IMG/VR virus record: IMGVR_UViG_3300050821_003228
Coordinates: 1-64,000 of that record
Source of the DNA: a virus
Strand: one strand, 5' to 3'
DNA: 64,000 nt
The translations under genes and the position numbers were made by a program. Below, piece by piece: positions 18,433 to 28,410 of this stretch (position 1 is its first letter; every line of letters begins with the position of its first letter). A model generated the notes under the pieces. The model ran no database searches and was not told where the DNA came from. It worked only from the letters and a program-made list of their open reading frames with translations.

Positions 18433-19488
18433 ATGGACAAAAAAGATGTACGATTAGCTTTAGTTTTTAAGGACTTTTGTGCTTGGTTACATGTTTCGTG
18501 TATTGGACTGAACATCGCGGGTTATACAACGGCAAAAGTATTACAAGAGAATGGTATTGATACAGTAGTATTTCCGGTACGTGACAATATTGATGTTGTC
18601 AATGATATTAATAAGTATAATCAAGAACATGATGTAAAATTAACGCATGTAGTAATTGCGGCCCCTTGGTTGAGTGTTTTTGATCTTCGTGCAATCTTAA
18701 CGGCATACCCTGATATTCAATTCTGTATTGAATCACATTCAAATGTAGGTTTTCTTCAGGCCGATCCCGGTGCTGTTGAATTACTTCGTGAATATTTGAA
18801 GTTGATGAATGAGTTTAGTAATTTGCAAGTGGCCGGTAACTCGCCTTTCTTTGTAGAATGGCTTGAACTCGCTTATGGTCAAGAAGTTGTATTACTTCCT
18901 AATTTATATCCGTTAGAAAGGCATAATAAACGTCCTGCATGGGACGGCGATCCTTTAAAAATTGGTGCGTTTGGTGCGGTTCGTCCTGAGAAGAATTTCA
19001 TGACTGCCGCTGCCGCTGCCGTTGTAATTCAAAAAGAATTGAATGTTCCGGTTGAATTTCATATGTCAACGGGCGGCGAAGGTGATCAAGGTCGTGTAGC
19101 TCCTGCAATTAAGCAGATGACTGATGGAATTGAAGGATTTACCCTTGTTCGTCATGATTGGGAATTGTGGGATAAGTTTATTAAGCGCGTGTCAAACATG
19201 GATTTATTGATTCAGGTTTCATACACTGAATCATTCAATATGGTTACTGCTGATGGTATTTCAGTCGGTGTCCCCTCTGTTGTGAGTCCCGCTATTTATT
19301 GGGCACCTGAGAATTGGAAAGTTAATCCTGATAGTGCCGTCGCGGTCGCGCATCTCGGTGAAGAGATTCTGTTGAGTGAGAAGCTGAAGAATGAAGGATT
19401 TCACTCATTGAAGCGACATAATGAATTAGGTTTGAAAAATTGGTTCAGATTTTTAGGAATACCAGAACATCATTGGTATGATTTTTAG
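18433..19488 (+). CDS. GT-B (GT4-like) glycosyltransferase
   Basis: FGAVRPEKN and SYTESFNMVTADGI..GVP. Confidence 0.8.
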   Translation: MDKKDVRLALVFKDFCAWLHVSCIGLNIAGYTTAKVLQENGIDTVVFPVRDNIDVVNDINKYNQEHDVKLTHVVIAAPWLSVFDLRAILTAYPDIQFCIESHSNVGFLQADPGAVELLREYLKLMNEFSNLQVAGNSPFFVEWLELAYGQEVVLLPNLYPLERHNKRPAWDGDPLKIGAFGAVRPEKNFMTAAAAAVVIQKELNVPVEFHMSTGGEGDQGRVAPAIKQMTDGIEGFTLVRHDWELWDKFIKRVSNMDLLIQVSYTESFNMVTADGISVGVPSVVSPAIYWAPENWKVNPDSAVAVAHLGEEILLSEKLKNEGFHSLKRHNELGLKNWFRFLGIPEHHWYDF

Positions 19489-19496
19489 GGGGAGAA

Positions 19497-21497
19497 TTGC
19501 TGATCAGTACATTAAGAAAGTTGGCAGAATCGTGTCTTACAAACGAGCACTTTCAACATAAAGATAAAACTGATAAGCAAATTCGGGAGTTAGCTAAGAA
19601 AAGTTTCATGCGTCTCCCGATAAGTCAGGCTGAGGGGGTGATCACATCTTGGTCTAAACGGTGCCGTGAAGAAAATATTGAACCTAGTTTAGAAGAATTG
19701 CACTATCTGCGTTTTCTCGCCCAGACAAACCTGTTTTTCCTTTGTCACCTTCTTGAACGTTACAACAAAGTAGATGAAAAAACGCATCAAGATGTATGCA
19801 ATGCTTTTTTCGTTTCTAAAGACCCAACCTTCAAGACATTTGAAGATTTCGCAAAAGCTTATGTTGGATTGAAGGATCGCCTTCTTTTAGTACCTCGCGG
19901 CGGGTTTAAGTCGTCAATTGATATTGCTGACATTGTACAGTGGCTTATATGCTTTCCTGAAACTACAGTTCTTGTATTGACTGGCGTGTATGCGTTGGCT
20001 AAAGATTTCGTTGGCGAGTTAGCTAGTCATTTCACGCTTGAAGAAATCGGGCGTGATGCAAAAGATCATCCTAAGTATGGTCCTAAGAAGTTCATGGATA
20101 ATACGAGAAGTATTTTTCAAGTTCTATTTGCTGAACATACTGTAACGCCTAACGAATGCCGTGATACTGAATTTCAAGACCCGGCCAGTTTGTTACTTGA
20201 TAAAGAGCCGTCAGTGATGGCGGCATCTATTGAACAGAACTTGTCAGGATGGCACTTCGGCATTATGAAGTTGGATGATGTCGTAACAAATGAAAACAGT
20301 TTAACTATTACACGTCTTGAGGCAGTTAACCGTCAGGTTGATGTTAATCGAGCTATGTTGCATCCCTTCGGCTTCTTTGATCTTATAGGTACGTGGTACG
20401 ACGAAAGCGATGTCTATGGATTGAGTATCAAGAATGAAGAACGTTTCGCTGAAGAAGAAGGATTGAAGCATAAAGTTCTTGGTTCTGTCTGGGATGGTTA
20501 TTTTAACAGTGAAGTAACGATGAAGATTTATCTTCGTTCGGCATGGTGGCCGACTGAAGAAGCAAAGAAGGCCGGCAAGATTGAAGAGGAAATGAAGAAA
20601 GAAGATTGGATTCTTTGGTTTCCTGACCGTCTTCCTTATGAATTTCTTATTCGTGAAAAGAAAAAGAATGCTGAAGGATTTGCTATCAAATATGAGAACA
20701 ATCCAAGGAAAGTACATCAAGTAAAGTTTCCTCGGGAATTGTTGATCAGAAGGACTATTCCAGCAACTTATCTTCCACAAACGGGATTGATTATTTCTGC
20801 CGTTGATACGGCATATTCTGTTAAGAGTTGGGCCGATTATACAGTGATGGTAACTGCTATTATTTATGGCGGGATATTTTATATTATAGATGTACTTCGT
20901 GGAAAATTCAATGAATATGAACTTCCGAAGGTCATTGCTACAACCGGGCATAAGTGGAAACCGAAGAGAATAGCGATTGAAGATTCGGTCGGTGTTCGTT
21001 GGTTCAGTCGAGAATTGAAGAGAGAGATGGATACTCTTCAAATTAGTATTCCAGTCGAATATGTTTCACTTGGAACTGGTACGAAGGCGAAATCGAAGGA
21101 ATTGAAAGCGAAGCCGGTCGTTAGGTTACTTGGTGATGAGAGGATGTTCTTCTCTAATTCATGTGCTGGATTAGAAGAATTATATAAAGAATTAGAGAAT
21201 TTTGGAACCGCATCAAGTACACACGATGATGTTGTTTCTGCATTGTCAATACTTGTCGATCAGTTCGGCGGGTATGCCGATATGGATTCTCGGGCCGGAA
21301 TGGTCAGCACGCAATTCGTTGCTGATCAAAGATCAAAATTGAGACATGATTTGATTTACGGACTCGGGCAGTTTAGCAAATTTAATAATAATTACGCGAT
21401 TGAAGACAATCCAGTTACAGTCTTTCAACAAGAGAATCAACAACAGGAATCATTTCGAGATATTGACCCTTTCGAGGAAGCCGGTTTGTTAGGATAA
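19497..21497 (+). CDS. terL: terminase large subunit
   Basis: PRGGFKS Walker A, MKLDDVV Walker B, VDTAYS/DYTV/HDD nuclease motifs. Confidence 0.92.
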   Translation: MLISTLRKLAESCLTNEHFQHKDKTDKQIRELAKKSFMRLPISQAEGVITSWSKRCREENIEPSLEELHYLRFLAQTNLFFLCHLLERYNKVDEKTHQDVCNAFFVSKDPTFKTFEDFAKAYVGLKDRLLLVPRGGFKSSIDIADIVQWLICFPETTVLVLTGVYALAKDFVGELASHFTLEEIGRDAKDHPKYGPKKFMDNTRSIFQVLFAEHTVTPNECRDTEFQDPASLLLDKEPSVMAASIEQNLSGWHFGIMKLDDVVTNENSLTITRLEAVNRQVDVNRAMLHPFGFFDLIGTWYDESDVYGLSIKNEERFAEEEGLKHKVLGSVWDGYFNSEVTMKIYLRSAWWPTEEAKKAGKIEEEMKKEDWILWFPDRLPYEFLIREKKKNAEGFAIKYENNPRKVHQVKFPRELLIRRTIPATYLPQTGLIISAVDTAYSVKSWADYTVMVTAIIYGGIFYIIDVLRGKFNEYELPKVIATTGHKWKPKRIAIEDSVGVRWFSRELKREMDTLQISIPVEYVSLGTGTKAKSKELKAKPVVRLLGDERMFFSNSCAGLEELYKELENFGTASSTHDDVVSALSILVDQFGGYADMDSRAGMVSTQFVADQRSKLRHDLIYGLGQFSKFNNNYAIEDNPVTVFQQENQQQESFRDIDPFEEAGLLG

Positions 21498-21500
21498 ATT

Positions 21501-23600
21501 ATGGCAGAGTTTTTAGTGGCAGACGGTAATCCGAATGCTTCACTTGTAAAAGAGGATTACAATTCGGATGGTTCATTAAAAACTAAAGCTGCCGATCTTG
21601 CACTAGTTTGTCAATCTGCCGTTGCCGCTGAATCATTTATTGCATCAAAACAGTGGGGATTGATGTGGCGCGATTCGGATTTACTTTTCCAGAGTCCGCG
21701 ACCGATGGAAGTTTGGGAGAACACATATATATTATCTCCTAACGTGCAAAGATTTACCGTTGCACAGGTTTGTAATGCGATTGTTCCACAGTTGTATAAA
21801 GGGTTGTTTTATGATGATCCTCCGATGATTCTTCGCCCACGTCCGGGCACGTCCCAGACTGTCGTAGATGCGAAGACGGCTCTATTCTCATACCTTCTTG
21901 ATCAATGTAATTTCAAGAGAGAAACGAAATGGGGATTAGAACAAATGACGTTCCTTGGAACGGGCATCTGGAAGTGGGGCAAAGAATACAAGAAGATTCA
22001 GATTAAAAAAAGGAAAGCAACTGTCGCAGACATTCCTACTGGAACTGTAACAGGACCGTCAACTGAGCAAGTTGTCACTGATGAAAAGCCACAGATTACG
22101 ATTGAAGAGAAAACAATTTGTCATCCGTTCTTTGAGTGGCGTTCACTTCAGCAAGTTCTAGTTGATCCACATACTCCTGTAGGCGACATTCGTTTCGCAG
22201 ATTTCGTCTGTGATGTGCGCTATATGGACTGGTATCAAATGAACGATTTGAAAGAATCGGTTACTGATGCCGAAGGTAAGTTGATGGATGGGTGGGAATT
22301 TCCGCCCGATATGATGGACTGTTGGCTTCCGCCGATGGCCGAAAACGCGGCCCCGAAGTTGATGTCTGATCAACAGACTTATACAACAGGAATCGTGCAT
22401 CACGCGCAAGATATAAATATCTCTGTTAGTCCTGATGCATTGTTTAAAAAATTAGAAGTTATTGAATATTGGGATAAGAAGAGGAAGATACTAGTACTTA
22501 ACCGTAAGAAGGTTATTTACAGGGGTGACAATGAGTTTCATGAAATTCCGTTCTTATCTGCTAATAATTGGAATCGTCCAAAGGCATTTTATGGAATGGG
22601 ACTCGGCTTAATAGTAGGTCAGAATCAACGTGTTGATCAAGGCACAATTAACGCTATTTTGAAGATGTTGTCTCTTGGCGTTAACCCGGTTTATCTTCGT
22701 AATCGTAATGCAAATTCGCCAACCCAGATGTTACGTTCCGGTTTAGGCAGGATATTAACAGTTGATGGGGAAATTGATAAAGCATACAAATTGTTAGAGA
22801 CGCCGAAGGTTCCGGGCGAAGTATGGAACGCTTTAGCTGAATCACAGCGAGCGACTGAATCAAGTTCGGGCGCTGATGCACAGTTAGTTCAAGGAAGTTC
22901 AGCAGGACCGCGTAGTTCTATGGGCAGGACTGCAACAGGGGCATCAACATTGGCCGGTGCTTCGGCTACGAGGTTAGACGGGCCGCTTGATAATTTCATT
23001 GAGCAAGTATTCAAACCGTTTCTTTATATTCTTGATAAATTAGTCTTCGAGTACATGACAGATCGAGAGATTATGGATGTTCTTGGTAAGGAGCTAGGCT
23101 CTGCCTTCCGAGTAGACATGCAAGAGTTTCATGATGCTGTTATAGAATATGAAGTACTAGCGGGGGCGAGCCTTTCAGCGAAGCGTCAAATGGCGCAGTC
23201 ATTAACACTGATTACTCAGATTTTTGAGAATCCGACAATTCAACAGAATCTTGCTGAAATCAATGGTGAGTATATCGACTTCAAACCGATCCTCAATATG
23301 TGGATGGAAGCGAGCGAATGGAAGAATCGTCAGGATATTATTAAACCTTTGACACCTGAGATGAAGCAAAGGATGCAGGAGAAGTCTCAGGCCGCGCAAC
23401 AGCAATCACAGGCTAATGTTCAGGCGCAAAGTAACCAACAAAAATTTGAAGCTAAGGCTCAGTTGGAAGACCAAGCAAACGACAATCGCATAAAACGTGA
23501 CATCGTGCGCGAAGCATTTAGGCATGATAGTATGAACGAGGCAGTGACCGGCGAAGCAAGTGATGTCACCGGTTTACAATCTGGTCCTGAAGTAGTTTAA
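21501..23600 (+). CDS. portal protein (P22/podovirus-like)
   Basis: Follows terL; GTGIWK, FYGMG, RTATG, Q-rich C-terminal coiled coil. Confidence 0.88.
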   Translation: MAEFLVADGNPNASLVKEDYNSDGSLKTKAADLALVCQSAVAAESFIASKQWGLMWRDSDLLFQSPRPMEVWENTYILSPNVQRFTVAQVCNAIVPQLYKGLFYDDPPMILRPRPGTSQTVVDAKTALFSYLLDQCNFKRETKWGLEQMTFLGTGIWKWGKEYKKIQIKKRKATVADIPTGTVTGPSTEQVVTDEKPQITIEEKTICHPFFEWRSLQQVLVDPHTPVGDIRFADFVCDVRYMDWYQMNDLKESVTDAEGKLMDGWEFPPDMMDCWLPPMAENAAPKLMSDQQTYTTGIVHHAQDINISVSPDALFKKLEVIEYWDKKRKILVLNRKKVIYRGDNEFHEIPFLSANNWNRPKAFYGMGLGLIVGQNQRVDQGTINAILKMLSLGVNPVYLRNRNANSPTQMLRSGLGRILTVDGEIDKAYKLLETPKVPGEVWNALAESQRATESSSGADAQLVQGSSAGPRSSMGRTATGASTLAGASATRLDGPLDNFIEQVFKPFLYILDKLVFEYMTDREIMDVLGKELGSAFRVDMQEFHDAVIEYEVLAGASLSAKRQMAQSLTLITQIFENPTIQQNLAEINGEYIDFKPILNMWMEASEWKNRQDIIKPLTPEMKQRMQEKSQAAQQQSQANVQAQSNQQKFEAKAQLEDQANDNRIKRDIVREAFRHDSMNEAVTGEASDVTGLQSGPEVV

Positions 23601-23614
23601 CTCTGGGAGGAGAA

Positions 23615-23923
23615 ATGGAATTAACACAGGTGGAACGTGCTCAATTGAGTGCGTTCCAAAGTACTGAAGGTTTTCAACTCATTTGTTTGATTATGAAAAA
23701 TGAGTTGATCAAATTTAACACAGCTTTATTGAACGCAAAGAAACCGGAAGACGTTTTAATAGCCCATAATTTAGCATCAGCGGCGGCTAAATTTTATGAA
23801 GGTGTATTGAATACAATTGAAGCTGAAATTGCAATTTATACAGGAACACCAAAACCGGGGGATCGTCCATTTGATGTCACCGATGGCGTACTAGATTTAC
23901 AGAATTATGTTGAGGAGGAGTAA
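23615..23923 (+). CDS. hypothetical protein between portal and scaffold
   Basis: GGAGGAG SD, synteny. Confidence 0.65.
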   Translation: MELTQVERAQLSAFQSTEGFQLICLIMKNELIKFNTALLNAKKPEDVLIAHNLASAAAKFYEGVLNTIEAEIAIYTGTPKPGDRPFDVTDGVLDLQNYVEEE

Positions 23924-24822
23924 TGGAAAATCAAATAGAAGAGAATGTAATAGAGACGAAGGAATTTGTTTATCGTTATCAGCCGGTCGATAGTCTTGGC
24001 CGGAAATTAGGTGCGGAGCAAGTTTTCAAGGGCGCGACTGCTCAAGAAGTGCTTGATAAGGTTGCTGAAGCTAATAAGAACTTAATTCAATTGAATCGTA
24101 ATTTGAAGAGGAGTTTACGTCTTGGTGAATTTGAGCGAGAAGAGTTGCCGAATGATGCGGCTAAGATTAGAAATAATCAAATTCTTCAACCGAGAGAATT
24201 GACGCTGGAAGAAAAGGCGCAATTCGCAAGAGACATTCTTGACCCAGAAAAATTTGATGATGTTAATAACAGGATTGTAGAAGCGCAACTCGGCGCTAAA
24301 CCTGAAGAGATTCGCAACCGTATCAATAGTCAGGAACAGAGGTTAGCTAATATTGAAGCGCGTCAGGAAGCTGAAGCGTTTTCAATGGCAAATCCTGATT
24401 ACTTCGTTTGTGTAGATAATTTCAAGACGATCACGGCTTGGATGGTGAAAAATGAACTTCATCCAGTTCGTGAGAATTTTCAACTTGCTTATGACACTTT
24501 GAAAGCGGAGGGACTGATTATTGAAGCGCCAGTTAAAGAGATTATTCCTACTCCTGCTATTCATTCAGTTCCACCTGTTGAAGTCGCGCCGGTTATACCT
24601 GTTACACCACCTGTTCCGCCAGTATCAGCAGCTAGAGTCGCGCCTTCAGGATTGACTCGTGAATTAGCATCAGATGCGGGCACTCCTCCAGTGAAAACGA
24701 CATTGACAATTCGTGATATTGAAAGAATGCCTTCAGCAGAATATAAAGATCGTCTATTGCATGATAAGAATTTTGCAAAAGCGGTCGATGAATTGTATAC
24801 CAAGAAGGTAGCGCGTGATTAG
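23923..24822 (+). CDS. probable capsid scaffolding protein
   Basis: Coiled coil, Pro-rich linker, C-terminal I..M...EY. Confidence 0.7.
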   Translation: MENQIEENVIETKEFVYRYQPVDSLGRKLGAEQVFKGATAQEVLDKVAEANKNLIQLNRNLKRSLRLGEFEREELPNDAAKIRNNQILQPRELTLEEKAQFARDILDPEKFDDVNNRIVEAQLGAKPEEIRNRINSQEQRLANIEARQEAEAFSMANPDYFVCVDNFKTITAWMVKNELHPVRENFQLAYDTLKAEGLIIEAPVKEIIPTPAIHSVPPVEVAPVIPVTPPVPPVSAARVAPSGLTRELASDAGTPPVKTTLTIRDIERMPSAEYKDRLLHDKNFAKAVDELYTKKVARD

Positions 24823-25249
24823 AGAGTATCAATCTGGGGATATGCAGTGGTTATGGAATTGTTATAAAAACTACCTTCCTGAATTGAATTTAAGGTCGCC
24901 TATATCCGGGTTTTCTCAATTTGCTGATGCTGTTGAGAAGGATAAAACTTTTATATACAATAATGAAAACATTAATTGTGGTTTCATAACTTCGTTTGTA
25001 GATGAAGGATCGCCGTGGATTTGGACCGTTGTGGTCAGACTTGATTGGCAAAATAAAGGTATCGCTACAAGGTTGATTAATAAGGTTGAGGAGCATTATA
25101 AGAATTTAGGTTATAGCCATATATGTCTTTATGTGGCAGACGATAACCCGGCCCAGAAATTATATTTTGATCTTGGTTATCGTGTTGTTCGAGTTATGAA
25201 GGGCGTTTATGGAGATAAACCGGCCCTTAAAATGGTTAAATATTTTTAG
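24815..25249 (+). CDS. GNAT acetyltransferase (RimI-like)
   Basis: V..WQNKGIATRL, N.AQKLY..LGY. Confidence 0.85.
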   Translation: MIREYQSGDMQWLWNCYKNYLPELNLRSPISGFSQFADAVEKDKTFIYNNENINCGFITSFVDEGSPWIWTVVVRLDWQNKGIATRLINKVEEHYKNLGYSHICLYVADDNPAQKLYFDLGYRVVRVMKGVYGDKPALKMVKYF

Positions 25250-25251
25250 GA

Positions 25252-25929
25252 GTGAGGATGATTAATCAGAATAGCATGTTGTATTGGTGGCCTAAGATTA
25301 AAGATTTAGGCATACCAGTTCCTAGAACTGAAATTGTTGAGTTTGGTTCACAAGATTTTACATCTTCAGACCGATTAGAAGAACGGGTCAACCTTATTGG
25401 TTTGCCTGTTTTTATACGTACCGATCTTTGTTCAGGTAAGCATGATTGGAATCAATCTTGTTTTGTTGACCGAATGAATGTTCTTATACAACGGTTTGCT
25501 AAAGTTGATGAGAATAATGTTCGTTGGCGAATGTTGGGTATTGAACCAAAAGCATTGGTTATTCGTGAGTTTCTTGATTTAGAATCGTCATTTCGGGCAT
25601 TTATTGGTAATATGCCGATTACTAAGGAACGACGTTATTTTGTTAAAGATGGTAAAGTTATTTGTCATCATCCCTATTGGCCTGTCACAGCATTTAATAA
25701 TCATCCAGCACGAATGGTTGATGATATTAATTGGAAACAAAAACTTGAAATATTAAATCAAGAAGATGATTCTGAAAGTATATTAGTTAACTATGCTGAG
25801 AAGGTTAGTTGGGCGGTTGATGGTTATTGGTCAATAGATTTTGCTAAGGGAAGGAATGGTAAATGGTATTTAATTGATATGGCTTTAGGAGAGAATTCAT
25901 ATCATTGGGCGGGCTGTAAAAAGATTTGA
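25252..25929 (+). CDS. ATP-grasp domain protein
   Basis: FIRT..SGKH, IREFL, ERRYFV, WSIDF..WYLIDM. Confidence 0.7.
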   Translation: MRMINQNSMLYWWPKIKDLGIPVPRTEIVEFGSQDFTSSDRLEERVNLIGLPVFIRTDLCSGKHDWNQSCFVDRMNVLIQRFAKVDENNVRWRMLGIEPKALVIREFLDLESSFRAFIGNMPITKERRYFVKDGKVICHHPYWPVTAFNNHPARMVDDINWKQKLEILNQEDDSESILVNYAEKVSWAVDGYWSIDFAKGRNGKWYLIDMALGENSYHWAGCKKI

Positions 25930-26105
25930 AAGTATCTTATCGGATTATAAGGTACTATCCCGAGTGCGTGAGGTAACTTTGATTTACTTTAGTCAAAGAT
26001 AATTGATTCCGGTCGGATTACCGGATAGGTTGATCGCAGTGAAGTCAAGTGAGTCCCTGACTATCAAAATTATTTTGAAGATCGGGCCATTTGTTAAGGA
26101 AAAAT

Positions 26106-27592
26106 ATGTCTTTTTCTCCATCAAGTAATGTACAGTCAAATTTACCTCAATCGACTGTAAAGTACTATGATAAAAAGTTTAGGGAGAATTTGAAGGCTCA
26201 GACTCCTTTCGTTGCTTGTGCAGAACGTTTGGATTTGCCTATGAAGTCTGGTAACCAATACCAGATGTTCATGTACGTGCCTTTGGCTGGTAATACTAGT
26301 CAGACTGCACAAGGTACAGTGGGCGCGGGTATTCAAGTATCTGTCCTAACTACGACAGCAACGATTGGCGAATACGCTGATTACGCATCGTTCTCTAGTT
26401 TGTCTCTTGCAACTGCAATCGACAATACTGTAGAAAATGTTGCGAGAGAGATGTCTTATCGTCTTGGTGAGTCATTGAGCGCACTTGTTCGTGCAACTGC
26501 TGACGGAGCAAACTCTGTTGATAGTTCTGTATTGACAAGTCTTGCTGCAACAAGTACTACTAGTTTTACAACTTTGAGTCTATCTCAAATCAGGAATTCA
26601 GTTCAGTCACTAGCTGGCCGTTCTGTGCGTCCTTTTGATGAAGCTTCAAAGGCTTTCGCGGGCGTGATCCATCCGTTCGCTTTGGGTGATGTATTGGCTG
26701 ACAATTCAAATGACAGCCCAATCGACATCTTGAAGCACACTCCCGTAGGTCAAGCACGAATGGATGAGTTAGTCTCTGTTGATTTGACAGAAGTCATTGA
26801 ACTTCCCGCATCGGGCGTTCATTTCTTCCAGTCTAATCAAGTTACTACCACATCTAACTATAAGTCTGTAACTGGATTGACTGCGTTACGTACTTATATT
26901 TTCGGGCGTGATGGAATCTTCGCTATCAACCTTGGCGCACAAGGCGACGTAGGTTATGGTGACGGAGAATGGCAGAACATTTATATTGGTGTTCTTTAAA
27001 TCTTTTTTAATTGACTCGAACCCTGAAATGGCAACGAGGCGCAAGCAGAGAAATCGTGCAGCGTGAGAGACTAAACAAAGAGACTCAGAAATGAGATGTA
27101 ATAGTCCGGTCTAGTGCAAATAAAAGTACTAGAGATAGACAGAAATGTTCTATCCTGTGAAAACAGTAACAATTCGCAAATGTAACATCGTTCAAAACGC
27201 TGAACCTAGCGTTGCGGACCCTGAAGGTTTGATTCCCGGCTTTATAATTGTCTGGCCGGATTATCTGGACTAAGAAGTTAGGGACAAGTTATCGCGTGCA
27301 TTTTACGACGAGCCTTGGCCCAGATACAACCATTAAAATTGTACTAGTAAAATGGATACACGGTGGTTGTTAAATTTACTCTGATTGACTTGAACGCTGA
27401 AATGCCAACAAGGGGCAAGCCGAAAGGCAGCCTGAGAGACTAAGCGAGTAAACACGGAAACGTGATGCGATAGTCCGTTCTAGTTGTTAATAAGTAAACA
27501 CTAGAGGTTAGCAGAAATGACTAATCCCGCCGAAAGGTGAGTAACAAGTAAGTCGTATCCGCGAAATTGATTCAGCATCGGCCATAAGTTAA
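26106..27592 (+). CDS. major capsid protein (N4-gp56-like), 343 aa after joining exons 26106-26980, 27177-27241, 27282-27333, 27553-27592
   Basis: Joined C-terminus ..WQNIKCNIVQNAEPSVADPEGLIPGWTSYRVHFTTSLGPDTTIRIREIDSASAIS*; exon lengths sum to 1032 nt, in frame. Confidence 0.88.
26981..27176 (+). mobile_element. group I intron (196 nt, ORF-less)
   Basis: P1 AGAACAT/GTGTTCT with U.G; GAGAGACTA and ATAGTCC P7 strands; ends in G. Confidence 0.9.
27242..27281 (+). other. 40-nt group I-like mini-intron without catalytic core
   Basis: IGS TTGTCTGGCCGG pairs with ligated exons CCGGCT|GGACAA; U before 5' site, G at 3' end; removal restores TGG and frame. Confidence 0.75.
27334..27552 (+). mobile_element. 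group I intron (219 nt, ORF-less)
   Basis: P1 ACAACCAT/GTGGTTGT; P10 GGATAC/GTATCC; GAGAGACTA and ATAGTCC; terminal G; core similar to intron 1. Confidence 0.9.
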
Positions 27593-27651
27593 TGAAAATA
27601 AAGGACTTAATAATCCAATGTTAATTAGTTGATAAGTGGCAAAATATTATA

Positions 27652-27680
27652 TTGACATAAGGCGGTATATATGATATACT
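27652..27680 (+). promoter_or_regulatory. sigma70-type promoter
   Basis: TTGACA-17-TATACT; ATG at 27687. Confidence 0.75.
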
Positions 27681-27686
27681 GTCCTT

Positions 27687-28247
27687 ATGTTGATATATGA
27701 TTTAGCTGGTCAAGTATTTTCAAAATTAAAAGTTCGTTGCAAAGACGGTAAAATAGGTACTCGTACTGCTTGGTTATGTGATTGTGAATGCGGCGGCACA
27801 ATAAGAACTATTCGTAAGAGTCTTCGTAATCGAAGTACCAAAAGCTGTGGATGTCTACGGCAAAAAGTAGGCCGCGCAAATAAAACGCACGGTGCAACAG
27901 TAGGCGGTAAACCGACTGTTGAATATTTTGCTTATATAAATGCAAAACGGCGTTGTAATAGCCCAAAAGCACAGGCATACGGTCGCTATGGTGCTCGTGG
28001 TATAAAATTTAATTTTACCAGTTTTGAAGAGTTTTTTTTTGAAGTTGGGCCACGTCCCTCAATAAACCATTCGCTAGACCGCATTAATAACGACGGGCAT
28101 TATGAAAAAGGTAATGTAAAGTGGTCAACTTATAAAGAACAGGCAAATAATCGGCACACTTCGTTAAAATATGTAAGAATGTTAGAGGAGCAAGTAAAAA
28201 ATTTAGAGGAACAATGCCGGTTGATGAAAATGGAGAAGAGTACATAG
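27687..28247 (+). CDS. free-standing HNH homing endonuclease
   Basis: WLCDCECG..SCGC, RC..YG.RGI, SLDRINNDGHY.KGN.KW..Q.NNR. Confidence 0.88.
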   Translation: MLIYDLAGQVFSKLKVRCKDGKIGTRTAWLCDCECGGTIRTIRKSLRNRSTKSCGCLRQKVGRANKTHGATVGGKPTVEYFAYINAKRRCNSPKAQAYGRYGARGIKFNFTSFEEFFFEVGPRPSINHSLDRINNDGHYEKGNVKWSTYKEQANNRHTSLKYVRMLEEQVKNLEEQCRLMKMEKST

Positions 28248-28410
28248 ATTGGTGTACAGTTTTAGTATCTCATATTATACGTTGTGAGAAACATAAAAAA
28301 TGGGATTGCAATGATAAAGAATGTGATCGGTTAGCTTGTATAAAGATTGAAGAGATAAGTGGGACGGACTAAATCCGTCCCTTTTTCTTTGGGCCGATTT
28401 TGGAGGATAA

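Noticed and set aside
26091-26999. ORF-track 302-aa protein as the complete capsid protein
   Set aside because: Its last codons lie in intron 1 P1; the C-terminus is in downstream exons.
27268-27285. Translational bypass GAC-TAA...GAC as an alternative to mini-intron splicing
   Set aside because: Landing keeps the wrong frame, loses WTSYRVHF and hits TGA in exon 4.
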